A stretch of 64,000 nucleotides of DNA from Diplonema japonicum. Its lineage: Eukaryota > Protista > Euglenozoa: Diplonemea. The stretch covers positions 62,001 to 126,000 of the forward strand of contig OZ025696.1 in assembly GCA_964019335.1 (NCBI GenBank). The letters are read 5' to 3'. This document shows, piece by piece, positions 53,928 to 64,000 of the stretch. Below the pieces are notes generated by a model. That model did no database searches, had not been told where the DNA came from, and was given only the letters and a program-made list of their open reading frames with translations. The position numbers and the translations under genes are program-made. Positions within the stretch are counted from its first letter, which is position 1; each line of letters opens with the position of its first letter.

Positions 53928-55059
53928 CTAAGACAGGCAGCAGCACCCAGGGTTAGCAACACGATCTTTCTCAGGGACCCCCGTATCAGCAAGAAAATCA
54001 CCGCCAATTTCAACATTTTTCAGAGGCCTCAGATCAATCTCTCTAAGAGCCTCGCAACCAGCTAAAAAGTCGTCCCCAATACGCCTCACCCCCGCTAAAG
54101 GAGCCAGATCAATTGAGGAGATCTTCGTATATGTGAGAAACCCGTTCCCGATTGTCTCCACGCGACGCAGCTGCGAGAGGTCGATGGTGGTGAGGAGCGA
54201 GCCTGAGAAGAAGAAGTCGCCGATTTCCCTCAAGTTCGTCAGAGAACTCAAATTAACTGTTCTGACCTTGCTATAGCTGAAAAAACCATCCCCTATGCTC
54301 TGAACATTCTTGAGAGGGGATAAATCGACCTCATTCACAGCAGTGCTGTTAGCCATGAACTCATTTGAGATCTTACGGAGAGAAGGCGGGAGAACGACGG
54401 AGGTGAGAGAAGATTGAACAAGGAACTCCTCCCCCACAGAGGTCACACCCGTGAGACCCGAGAGATCTACCGTGTTTATGTTCAAGTCAACGTCGCCTTC
54501 TGGACCAATGAAACACGATGTAAGGAAATTACTGCCTATACTGGTGACCTTTGGAAGATCAAAGGAAATATTGAGGGGTTTAGTCGCAAATGGGCTGAAA
54601 CAGTACATCCATTACTGGATGCCTCGAACCCATTGCAGAAATACCCATAGGGTCTGTCAGTTTGAGGTTCCGCACTGTGAGTATATATGAAAACACGATG
54701 GCCAAGTCAAGCACACCGCAGCAACCTTTGATGTATTCACCACAACAAGGAGGTTGGGATCGCTATCCACACGTTTCATGATCATGTTCTTTTGGATCGG
54801 TAGATGTTCCAAACGGATGTGAAGCCCAATCATGTCACTCAATGTTAACTCGCACTCATTCGAAAGACCAGTGTCCTGTATTTGTTTTCCCGGGTCGCTT
54901 TCCAGCTCCGCTCCCTCGTAGTACAGCACAAAGGACCCGTCAGCAAAACCAGTTGCATTCGCTGTGTTTTCCTGTACAAATGCTGCAGTGTCTCATCACC
55001 AGGAAGGTCCAAGGAGTGGACCCCTTGAAGCGTTCTCACGGTCACGGTGATTTACTCAT
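53928..55059 (-). pseudogene. Frameshifted tandem copy of the Ubl-LRR-CaaX gene
   Basis: Homology split over ORFs 54845-55045, 54657-54929 and 53928-54608. The 3' ~280 bp are identical to copy 1. Assembly error is not excluded. Confidence 0.75.
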
Positions 55060-55340
55060 TTTCATATGAGTTAAAATTATATGGAACGAATCCCACTCAC
55101 TGGCTGCCTTGCTTCGTCCACCAAGGTACCTCGGTCGTGAATCAAATCTCGCCATCTGATTGCTTGTCTTACTTCAGAAATCTGGTGAAAAGAGAATGAA
55201 AAAGAATGAGACGTTGTAGAGGTAAAGCTAAAGAAGGAAAGAACTGAAGCTTATGTGCTTCACAGTTCACGTTAAGTTAAAAAATAACAAAAAAAAAAAA
55301 AGAGACATTTAAAAAAAAAAAAAGGTTATCGGCTGCAAAG

Positions 55341-56250
55341 AAAAAATAATATCGCAGAACGACTGAGCAGAGAGAGAGAAAAAAAAAATAGTTCTTTATG
55401 ACTTATGAGCGAAAAAAAAAAACTTTTTTAAAAAGCCGCTCGGCTCAAGTTGCATATAGTTATAAAATCATCCTTTTGAAAGATATATACTTGAAACAAA
55501 AAAAAAATAAAAGGTGTCTTTGAAGGGAACCTGCAGTATGTGACAGGACCGCCGTAACATAATCAATTCATTCTAATAAAAGAGGGAACAGTCTTTTTTT
55601 TCTTTTCCATCCCGTCCCTGTTCCCACATTCTGTTTTCGAAAACTGGCCCTACCACCTCATGGGACCCCATCTTCTGCTGATAAGACAAACAAATAAACA
55701 AAAAAGAGGAATAATAATATCGAGAGCAAAAAAAAAAAATAATTCTTTATGACTTATACGTCCTTGTTGTTTGCACGAGCGAGAAGATCATAAGGAGCTA
55801 CGAGGGTCTAAATAAAAGGGGACAGTCTTTGTTTTTGTCATTCTGTTTTCGAAAACTGGCCCTACCACCTCATGGGACCCCATCTTCTGCTGATAAGACA
55901 GACAAATAAAAAAAGAGGGGGGGGAAAGAAGTGGCGAGTTATTCTTTTGTTTGCGAAGAAAATAATATCGCAGCAGATTGAGCTGTAAAAGAGGAAAAAA
56001 AACAAAAAAGAAATAATAATTCTTTATGACTTATATGTCCTTGTTGTTTGCACGAGCGAGAAGATCATAAAAAGCTACGAAGGTCTTTTTGCTCGGCTCA
56101 AGTTGCATATAGTTATAAAATCACCCTTTTGAAAGAAGTATTGAAACAAAATAAAAGAGGGGGAAAAAATCTTTTTCACCCCGCCCTGTCCCCACATTCA
56201 GATAGTTTTCGAGAACTCATCCAATGGGACCCCATCTTCAGATAAAACAA
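55341..56250. repeat. Degenerate tandem repeat, ~3 units of 250-350 bp
   Basis: Recurring blocks aataatatcg, ttctttatgacttat, gcacgagcgagaagatcataa, gctcggctcaagttgcatatagttataaaatca, atgggaccccatcttc. Confidence 0.75.
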
Positions 56251-56580
56251 TCATAAAAAAAGAGAAAAAGAAAGAGCCGGCTGATTCACCAACAGTAGGG
56301 ATAAGCGGACAAAAAGGCTCAACTCCTTTTTTTTTTTTTTTTGTCGGACGGAAAAAAACCTGGACACCAAGGAAACCCGGATATTTTCCCGTCGAAGAAG
56401 TTTTCTTTACATATGGGGGAGAGGACAAAGATGCAGAAAGAGAACCCAGATACCCGTTTGCAGCCCAGGCCAGTATGTAGGTGGTAGTGGACCAGGCCCC
56501 CCTGACGACCTTTACAAAAAGAATTCCTCGGACATTTTTCCGTCCGGGAGTTTTTCGTTTTACAGTAATTATTTTATGGT

Positions 56581-56625
<45 letters not shown>

Positions 56626-56691
56626 TTTAAAAAGCTGCGAGAGTAGAGTATTGTCAGCCCGAAAATACATGCCTAAAACGAAAAATCAACA

Positions 56692-59600
56692 CTAGAAAAA
56701 CGAGGCCGTCTCACTTCGAAACCTTTCGGGTAGATGTTCCACGATCGCTTGGAACTCTATGTCGAAGATTTCTGCAAACAAACCGGTCAGCTGATCCTTA
56801 AGACAGCCCTCATTCCGTTCGATTCGACGTGCTGGCTCGAATGAATATACCGCCTCACCGTCTTGATCAATATCATCACATCCATCAGAAGGGATATCGT
56901 AAGCAGCGTTCAGCCTCTCGATGAACGAATCTTTTAAGTTCGTCAACACTCTGCTATAGTAAGTGCCGACGGCAGGCAGCTCAGCGGCGTTTAGTACAAT
57001 GTAGTCCATTATGCTGGTCAATGAAGTACCTCTCGCTGGCCCGCGGTTCGGAGAAACGGGGAGAAGAGCATTGATACCAGTGCAGATGGCAGTGTGATTA
57101 CCTTTTTTTGAACCATGCTTCGTCACGCTGGACGCGAATACATTCCATGAACTTGAAAAGTGCGCAGGGGAACACACTGAATTATTCTCCAACAGTGCAT
57201 TGCAATCGGATATTTTGTACCTAGCCTGTTTTGTCACACAGTTGAGCTTCAGATTCCTCTCGCCGATCCCCAGCTCGTTACGAACGGTATCATCGCGAAC
57301 ATGCCCGGCAAGCTCGTCTTCTCTAACAATTACGTTAATCCTATAGCCGGTGTTGTTCGTCTTTACATGTATATCGCCCACATCTGCATTGTTCAAATAT
57401 GCTTTCATTGTCGATATATCGATGTGTTGTTTCGATCTGCTTTTTGTCGGGATGTGGATCCACAATGAGCGCTCTCCCCGTCCGTCTTCGGTCTGATTGT
57501 ATGTGGATGTCTGCTGCAGCCGCTTCTCCTTGTTCACCGCCGCGTGAAGCAGCATCAGCAACACGTAATCGTAGTCGGTAATTTTCATTTCGCCGATTTC
57601 TTTCTTTATGCTGTTCATCAACTTCGTAGATGTCACCTTGTTGCTCCCAAGTACCTCTTCGGGGAGGGATGGACATAATGGACGGAAGCGATGCAGCTCG
57701 TGGCGTGCGTGGCATATCTTGCGAAGGCCGTCTTCTAAGGCCTTTATGTCAAGCATGTAATGTGCTCTTTCGGGATTCTTGCAGTAAGCAGTGAGCACCT
57801 CTGTACAGGCAACTACGTCGCTTTTGAAGCTACGGCAGTGCTGTGATTTGAACTTACCAGTGTCGAGAGATTGCCTTATGGTGTATGCGTCATAGAAGGG
57901 GATGGTCTGCAGCACAGCAAAGATGACAGCTGCCTTGCCCATGGTGTGGTCCGCCGAGCAGGCTTTGATCACAAAAACAGCAGAAGACACGTCAAAAGGC
58001 AGCCTGCTAATGAGCCTCCCAGTGGGCGTCAAAACGTAGCGTCCGTTTTCCTTGCGAAGCGCTTCAAGCCGAACAAGCTTTTCAATCGTATTGTTAATGT
58101 CTTCACGGGTGGGACTATTCAGGCACGCTTCGAGAATGTCAATAGGTGTGAATGGGAGGTTGTCCCTCCCGTCGCATCTGTTGTACACGTTGAGCACAGT
58201 GTCTTCAAGTGCGTCAGTCTTCATGTTGGGGGTTTTGAAGGTTTTCATTAAGCCCCCCTTCCACTCATAGTCCGTCAGCATCCTGTAACAGGTCCCGGGT
58301 GATGTGCGTCCCACACGCCCAGCTCTTTGAATGATCGCGTCCTTCGTCGCGAAGCAGTAGTCAAGCTTTTTATGGGGTTCGTCATTGTTCCGCAATACGG
58401 GTGCTTTCTGAAGACACCTGTCTACTACGACTGTTGCGTTCTCGATAGTGATGCTGCTCTCTGCTATGTTGTTCGCCAGGATCACACGACGCCTAGCCGT
58501 GCACCGCATGGCCGCCTCATGCTTCTCCACGGGGATCCTTGAATGCAGAACTGACACATCGACGTCAAGCTGCTTTTTAAGCTCAATGGACCAGTCACTC
58601 AGCAAATCCCACGCAGGGAGGAACACAAGCACCACCTCGTTCCTGTCCTCACGCTTTGCTGCCTCGATCAATTCCACAATAAGGGAGTAGCAGAAGTCGT
58701 CTCTGACACTGCATAGCTCAGAATCGAAGTAGCACCGCATTCCCAGCCATTCTTCCGTTGCTCTTTGTGCAGCCATCATTTCCTGGCGCTTCCGTATGTC
58801 GGAAAGGGTATAGGTAGCGACATTGAAGTTCTCCTTGTGGGTCGACCGGTACTCTGAGAAGGCGCGGGCAGGCCAGGGGTTTGTCGTCGGGGTGAGGTCG
58901 TAGCGTGCCACACAATCGGGCGAGGCTCCGCACCTTTTAATGACATAGTCCTGCAGCTCGTCGCACATTCCGTCCAACGTAGCAGACATGATTACTAGTT
59001 TCTTGCCTGTTGTTAAGTACTCTGGCGAACACAGCAGACTGAGCAGCATCTCGTATTCTACAGTCATCTCGTGTACCTCGTCCAGTACAATGACGTCCCA
59101 TGCCTCCTCCTCATTGTGAATGAGCTGCTTCACAAGAACCCCTGCTGTGCAGAACACGATGGGTGTCGTTGCGGTGCAGTGCGCGTCGCCGCTGATGTGA
59201 TACCCTACCTCCGCCTCGCCGCTGAGCTTCCAGTCGAAGTCTTTGCATTCCCTTTCGAACTGAGTCCGCGAGTACAGCTCCCTGCAGGCAATCCGTCTTG
59301 GCTCTGCCACGATCACCCTCGGCCTGCGGGCAATTACTCCATTAACCTTCGACTTCATCAATTTTTCGTAGCACTGCAGATCATAGAAAATCTGAGGTAC
59401 CTGCGTCGACTTGCCGCAGCCCGTCCTCCCGTTCACGATGCTAACGGAAACGTTCTTTTCCACTATGTCCGATATCATCTTTTGCAAGCCTGGATTGCAT
59501 AGGAGTTCGGGTACAACCTTGTTATTGATAGTGGTGCCTAGCTTCTTGTACTCAGGCAGGACGGCGTCTACCGCGGCTTGGAGGTCGTGAGAGAAGGGTG

Positions 59601-60177
59601 TTGCAAGTATGGTATTTAGTGGAATGGAAGGCCCGCTGGCGAATTCTTCGATATCGATGATGGAGGCGGGAAGGGCCTCGAGCTTACGCGATAGCTGGTA
59701 CTTCCACGCGCAGATCCAGATGCGGATGAGTGGTTCCTCGCGCGACGTGCTCTTTCGAATGTTCCTGTAAAGAGTGTCAGCATGGTCACCATCGCCCGAC
59801 AAAAGGACGATAACAAGAGGTGCGTAGCTATTCCTGCTGGTACGGATGTTCTTGTTGATGAGGGCCTGGATCTTGGAGTCTACCTTCCCAGACTGTCTTC
59901 CATTGACGGAGTCGTAGCCTAGCAGATCGAAATGCTTCTTCACCTCGCTGTCTAGATTGGGCAACGTTTCGGTGCTGTCCACCCAATACCATCCTAAGCA
60001 GTTTCTTTCGCCCCTCTTCGACACCAACGGTCCTTCCTCACATTCGCACAGCTTGTGTATCAGCCTCTTGTAGTCAACACTGCCTGCGTGCGTGACGTGT
60101 GCTCCATCAGCTATAACTAAGGACGGCTGGCGTAGATAAGCTGGTCTGGTGAACCAGGAGTCATCCATGCACCCCAT
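56692..60177 (-). CDS. NYN (PIN-like) nuclease fused to DEAH/RHA RNA helicase (1161 aa)
   Basis: NYN-type VIADG...QSGKVD...IVLLSGDGD...W...SRKL. Helicase motifs GRTGCGKST, PRRIA, DEVH, SAT, NIAESSITI, QRAGRVGR, and an HA2-like LTPTGRLISRLP. The upstream ATG at 60264 runs through a poly-T tract. Confidence 0.88.
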   Translation of the reverse strand: MGCMDDSWFTRPAYLRQPSLVIADGAHVTHAGSVDYKRLIHKLCECEEGPLVSKRGERNCLGWYWVDSTETLPNLDSEVKKHFDLLGYDSVNGRQSGKVDSKIQALINKNIRTSRNSYAPLVIVLLSGDGDHADTLYRNIRKSTSREEPLIRIWICAWKYQLSRKLEALPASIIDIEEFASGPSIPLNTILATPFSHDLQAAVDAVLPEYKKLGTTINNKVVPELLCNPGLQKMISDIVEKNVSVSIVNGRTGCGKSTQVPQIFYDLQCYEKLMKSKVNGVIARRPRVIVAEPRRIACRELYSRTQFERECKDFDWKLSGEAEVGYHISGDAHCTATTPIVFCTAGVLVKQLIHNEEEAWDVIVLDEVHEMTVEYEMLLSLLCSPEYLTTGKKLVIMSATLDGMCDELQDYVIKRCGASPDCVARYDLTPTTNPWPARAFSEYRSTHKENFNVATYTLSDIRKRQEMMAAQRATEEWLGMRCYFDSELCSVRDDFCYSLIVELIEAAKREDRNEVVLVFLPAWDLLSDWSIELKKQLDVDVSVLHSRIPVEKHEAAMRCTARRRVILANNIAESSITIENATVVVDRCLQKAPVLRNNDEPHKKLDYCFATKDAIIQRAGRVGRTSPGTCYRMLTDYEWKGGLMKTFKTPNMKTDALEDTVLNVYNRCDGRDNLPFTPIDILEACLNSPTREDINNTIEKLVRLEALRKENGRYVLTPTGRLISRLPFDVSSAVFVIKACSADHTMGKAAVIFAVLQTIPFYDAYTIRQSLDTGKFKSQHCRSFKSDVVACTEVLTAYCKNPERAHYMLDIKALEDGLRKICHARHELHRFRPLCPSLPEEVLGSNKVTSTKLMNSIKKEIGEMKITDYDYVLLMLLHAAVNKEKRLQQTSTYNQTEDGRGERSLWIHIPTKSRSKQHIDISTMKAYLNNADVGDIHVKTNNTGYRINVIVREDELAGHVRDDTVRNELGIGERNLKLNCVTKQARYKISDCNALLENNSVCSPAHFSSSWNVFASSVTKHGSKKGNHTAICTGINALLPVSPNRGPARGTSLTSIMDYIVLNAAELPAVGTYYSRVLTNLKDSFIERLNAAYDIPSDGCDDIDQDGEAVYSFEPARRIERNEGCLKDQLTGLFAEIFDIEFQAIVEHLPERFRSETASFF

Positions 60178-60799
60178 ATTGTGTAACGTCGAAAGATGTG
60201 AGGTGATACCAGATTGCCAGAAAGAGAAAAAAAAGAAAAAGACAACATCAAAGAAAGAACCCATCGAACGAATAAAGAAAAATTGAGTGAACGAGACGAG
60301 GAGCTAGGAAATTCCCTCGTCTTTTGAGTGTGTCGGGGTGGGGGGGGAAAGGGGGGATAACACTATCCAGTCAGAAGCTAGGGAAACAAGACAAAACTGA
60401 GTCACGATATTACTCTATAAAAAAAGACCGGACTTTAACTATCTCGTCCAATACATCTCAAAGGCGCACCTGCAACGACAAACGTGCACACCCATTGGCG
60501 CGCACGCCTCCCATCTCGCTTTGGGTGTTGCAACTACTTGGGGCTAGAACTTTTGGCCGCCCAGGGCCTCATTTTAGTTTGCTCCCGAATAAAAAGAGAA
60601 AAAAACGATTTCTTAGTCTTGACTTATGTCGTTGTTTTTCGCACGAGTTTTTCTCGGCACAAGGTCGCATGTAATAAAGAGATTTCTCTTTTTTCTGAAA
60701 ATATGAAAAGAACGAAGAGAAACCCCAAAAAGCAGAAAGAAAGAAAAAGGGGGTTATGTTCAAGGGTAGCTAGGTTAAGGGGAGACGTCCTTCGTTCAC

Positions 60800-63508
60800 C
60801 TAACAGTACATCGCCTGCAGGCTGGAGGACAGCTTGCTGTCACTCGTCTCATCTTCGCAAGCTTTTCTAATGCTCTGCATGGATATCGACGTGTTGCTAC
60901 TAAGGGCAGTCTCAGCTGCTGCACGGTACATCGCATTCTTAATCTCAGCACCTGTGAGGGGCTGCTCGGCGAGTGTGCCGAAATCAATGGAAGGAGAAAG
61001 AGGTGCGGTAGGGGGTGCAGCCGCTTCCCACAGCCGCTTGCGTGTTTGCTTAGTAGGCAGGGCAAAGGGGATCTCGAACTTCGGACGCAGGGAAGGGCGG
61101 GGCCCTGATGTGGACAAGATGACTAACCCACCAGCACGCTCAGCGTGGAAAAGAAGGTAGGCGGCAAAGGACTTGTAAGATTCCCCTTCCAGCTGCTCGA
61201 CCCCCTCCAGAAGCAGCACCACATTGTTGTCTCTCGCATCTGAAAACAATGTTGCCACGTTCTTTGTGACAGTCCTGTACGCAGACATGATCTCCATGAC
61301 GCTCATCACCTGCATCGGCCTAGCTAGCTCGTAAGCCACCACCTCTGCCGCAAGTGTCTTCCCTGTTCCCTTAGGACCCGCAAACACAACAACAGTGCCC
61401 GTGTTGTCTTTGAACCCCCACTGTGAACGCATGATGCCTCTCGCTTTCTCGTACCCGATCACCTCCTTGATGCCCTTCTCTGTTTCCGGTTCTGTGATGA
61501 GCTGTGCGATGCCCACTGTCGGCGCGATACGTGACTTGGTGATCGCTTGCAACCTGCCTCGGACCTGTTGTTGGCACGCTTCGTCCAAGTCGGCTCCGGA
61601 CACGACAGGGTGCGCCCTGTCACGCGACACCGCTTTTGTGATCGCGTTGACAACAGCGTTCTTGATGAAACCACCGCTGAGCTCGTAGTTGACTGATAGC
61701 TCGCTCCAATTGATGTCCTTGGTGTCCAGCTTGTGGGGGATGTGCGACCTCCAGATCTTCTCTCGGAGCGTGGCATCAGGGTGTGGGAAATCGACGGAGA
61801 GCGTGATGCGGCGAAGGAGCGCCTCATCGAGGGTCGCAGCACGGTTGGTAGCCAATATGAGAAGCCCGTCAAATCGCTCCAGCTCCGTGAGGAGCAAGGT
61901 GACCGCTTTAGAGTTGTCGCGCGTCTCGAGCATCGCATCGCACTCATCGAAGAAAACAAGCGCGTTTTGTATAGACGCTTCACGGAACACCTGCCGCATG
62001 GTCTCCGGTGGACAGTCCCCGAACATGGGCACCGTTACCAGTAAAAGACGCTTCTCGAGCTGTTTCGCAAGAGCGTTGGCCATCATAGTCTTACCTGTCC
62101 CAGGCGGGCCGTGGAACAGAAGGATGACACCTGTCCCGTACCCGCCTGTCGCATCGTGGAAACCGATATCTTGGCGGAACTGCAGGGCGGCCTCGTGGTT
62201 CTCGACTGTGTCGGTGATACTCTTTTTCATCGCTTCAGGAAGAATGACACTGGAGAGGTCGACCTTCGGGGTGTAAAGGTTCGCTGCGTCGATGATATCT
62301 GAGAACTTTGTGTCGAGGCCGACGAAGTAGTCAAGCATGCGGCGGTCGATCTCCACCACACAGTCCATCAGGTCGTTTCCGCCAATCATCCGACGGTCAG
62401 AGACGCTGACTATCCCCGACGTGACCAGAGGACTCTGTTTGTGAAACGATTTTCTGTTCTCCATCTGCGATCTCAAAGACCCTATGCAGTGCACACCGAG
62501 GAGCGTTCCTACATCAAACCCAACTGTTCCCTGCGCGCGGATGGAGCTTCCAATGCGTCGCACGTCTTGAGAAACAATCCCGCTGAGAAGGGTGACAACG
62601 GTCCACAGTTCGAAATCGTTGAAGTTCTTTTGTTTTCTAACGGTCTCCAGGCGGGGCAGGCTTGTTTTCGATGTGAGCGAGAGACGAACCTCACATTTTC
62701 GGAGCGCGGCTCTTTCAACACTTTGTAGTTCTCTCATTTGCGACTCGGGACGCTGCTTTTCAAAACGACGGTCATCGTCGTCTTTCATACCCAGGTTGTA
62801 CAGCTTTAAACGAGCGGCAACAACCTCAAAACGATCTGACAGATAGTCCAAGTCATCTTTGTAAGCGCATAGTGTGTCAGGTTCGTCACGTTCCGGGGTT
62901 CTTTCTGGCTCTTCGGGGGAAGCATCTTCTTCTTCTAATGCTAAGTCAAGAACACCTTCTTCGTTGTCGTCAGCGAGAAGCGGTTGATACCGGCCTGTTT
63001 CCTCTAATACCTCCGACAAGGACGTGTCGGAGATTTTTAGGTATTCTGAGGGTGCGATGCGGACTCCAAGGAATCCTGCCAGAACCTCTCGAGGCATTTT
63101 GAATGTTTGGCTGCGGATTGTGCCGTCAAAACCGTCCTCTACCTCGATCAGCCCTTCCTTCATGTGCCGCCTCTCAGGGGACAGAAAGGTCAGGAGCTGT
63201 CCAGGTGTCATCCCTGATGCCTTGCAAATGTTCAGTGAATCACACCTTGAATCGTAGAGCTTGTTGTTTTCTTCGAGCTGGCAACCCGTGTTGTGCAACA
63301 CTACCCAGTGCATGGCCCGGACCTCTTCTCTCGTCAGGTCTAGTTTTCTGCTTACCAATGTTAGTACTGGTCTCGGTTCCATTTCCTCCCTTTCCATTAG
63401 ACACTCTTCTCTTGCCTTGGCCCGCTCCTCCCAGTCACCTTGTATCCTGTCTTGAAGAACGCCTAGCGCACATTGCAGGTAGTGGTCATCACTCTTGAAA
63501 GGTTGCAT
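60800..63508 (-). CDS. AAA+ ATPase with two AAA modules (902 aa)
   Basis: D1: GPPGTGKT, FFDECD, LATNR...LDEALLRRI. D2: GPKGTGKT with degenerate Walker B (LLEGVE). Start chosen at MQPF after an A-run. Confidence 0.88.
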   Translation of the reverse strand: MQPFKSDDHYLQCALGVLQDRIQGDWEERAKAREECLMEREEMEPRPVLTLVSRKLDLTREEVRAMHWVVLHNTGCQLEENNKLYDSRCDSLNICKASGMTPGQLLTFLSPERRHMKEGLIEVEDGFDGTIRSQTFKMPREVLAGFLGVRIAPSEYLKISDTSLSEVLEETGRYQPLLADDNEEGVLDLALEEEDASPEEPERTPERDEPDTLCAYKDDLDYLSDRFEVVAARLKLYNLGMKDDDDRRFEKQRPESQMRELQSVERAALRKCEVRLSLTSKTSLPRLETVRKQKNFNDFELWTVVTLLSGIVSQDVRRIGSSIRAQGTVGFDVGTLLGVHCIGSLRSQMENRKSFHKQSPLVTSGIVSVSDRRMIGGNDLMDCVVEIDRRMLDYFVGLDTKFSDIIDAANLYTPKVDLSSVILPEAMKKSITDTVENHEAALQFRQDIGFHDATGGYGTGVILLFHGPPGTGKTMMANALAKQLEKRLLLVTVPMFGDCPPETMRQVFREASIQNALVFFDECDAMLETRDNSKAVTLLLTELERFDGLLILATNRAATLDEALLRRITLSVDFPHPDATLREKIWRSHIPHKLDTKDINWSELSVNYELSGGFIKNAVVNAITKAVSRDRAHPVVSGADLDEACQQQVRGRLQAITKSRIAPTVGIAQLITEPETEKGIKEVIGYEKARGIMRSQWGFKDNTGTVVVFAGPKGTGKTLAAEVVAYELARPMQVMSVMEIMSAYRTVTKNVATLFSDARDNNVVLLLEGVEQLEGESYKSFAAYLLFHAERAGGLVILSTSGPRPSLRPKFEIPFALPTKQTRKRLWEAAAPPTAPLSPSIDFGTLAEQPLTGAEIKNAMYRAAAETALSSNTSISMQSIRKACEDETSDSKLSSSLQAMYC

Positions 63509-64000
63509 CCTTTTTTTTTTTTCTTTCTTGTTTCCCCTGTTTTTTTCTGGGGGAACAGAATGTTCTGTACAAGAGCGGCCAAAACAAAGGAGGAAAAATA
63601 AAAAAAAAAAAAGAAAGAACAAAATAAAAAAAAAAAAAAAATACCAAGAAGGAAGAAAAGAAAGTCCACATATATTTTTTTGTTGCAAGGGAGTCCCCTC
63701 TTCTGGGAGGGTGGGGGGTGTTTGTTCACGGTTTAAGGAGGAAAAGAAAAAAAAAAGGGGGGGGGAAGGGTCCCTTTTTTTTCTCTTTTTTTTTCATCTT
63801 GTTTTTTTTTTTTCTTTCCTCTCTCTTCTTTTTCGTCTTTTTCTCGCTTATAAAAGAGGAAACTGGAGCAGCTGCATGTTCCGGGCCCTTTTGTATAGAC
63901 AAGTCAAAGACTTGTTTTTGCAGGATAAAAATAGAGAAATAATCCTTATGGTCTATAAAAAAAACTCCTCCCCTTCCTGCAGTACACGCATGGGGGATAA

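Overview
Eukaryotic, protist-type DNA. About 22 apparently intronless genes or pseudogenes lie on the minus strand, separated in the left half by long A/T-homopolymer spacers. This fits a euglenozoan (diplonemid/kinetoplastid-type) polycistronic gene cluster; the taxon is inferred, not shown. Genes: a membrane-anchored adenylate cyclase fused to cytochrome b5, globin and FAD/NAD(P)H reductase domains; three small zinc-ribbon+CCCH proteins; a PLAC8 protein; a mitochondrial carrier; two duplicated R-S-E ADP-ribosyltransferase-ankyrin genes; five multi-TM pseudo-cyclase paralogs; a sulfatase; an SGNH hydrolase; ubiquitin-like/LRR/CaaX genes; a NYN-DEAH helicase; and a double AAA+ ATPase. Mobile DNA: two piggyBac families (TTAA target duplications, one with a paralogous empty site, one with a MITE derivative) and 5'-truncated LINE fragments. 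Top findings: (1) a ~0.3-kb SINE-like family whose 5' end folds by hand into a complete HDV-like self-cleaving ribozyme and whose 3' tail is shared with the LINEs, with all copies co-oriented with the genes; (2) the cyclase-cyt b5-globin-reductase fusion, a candidate self-reducing gas/redox sensor. All domain and RNA-structure calls come from manual motif reading, not database searches.
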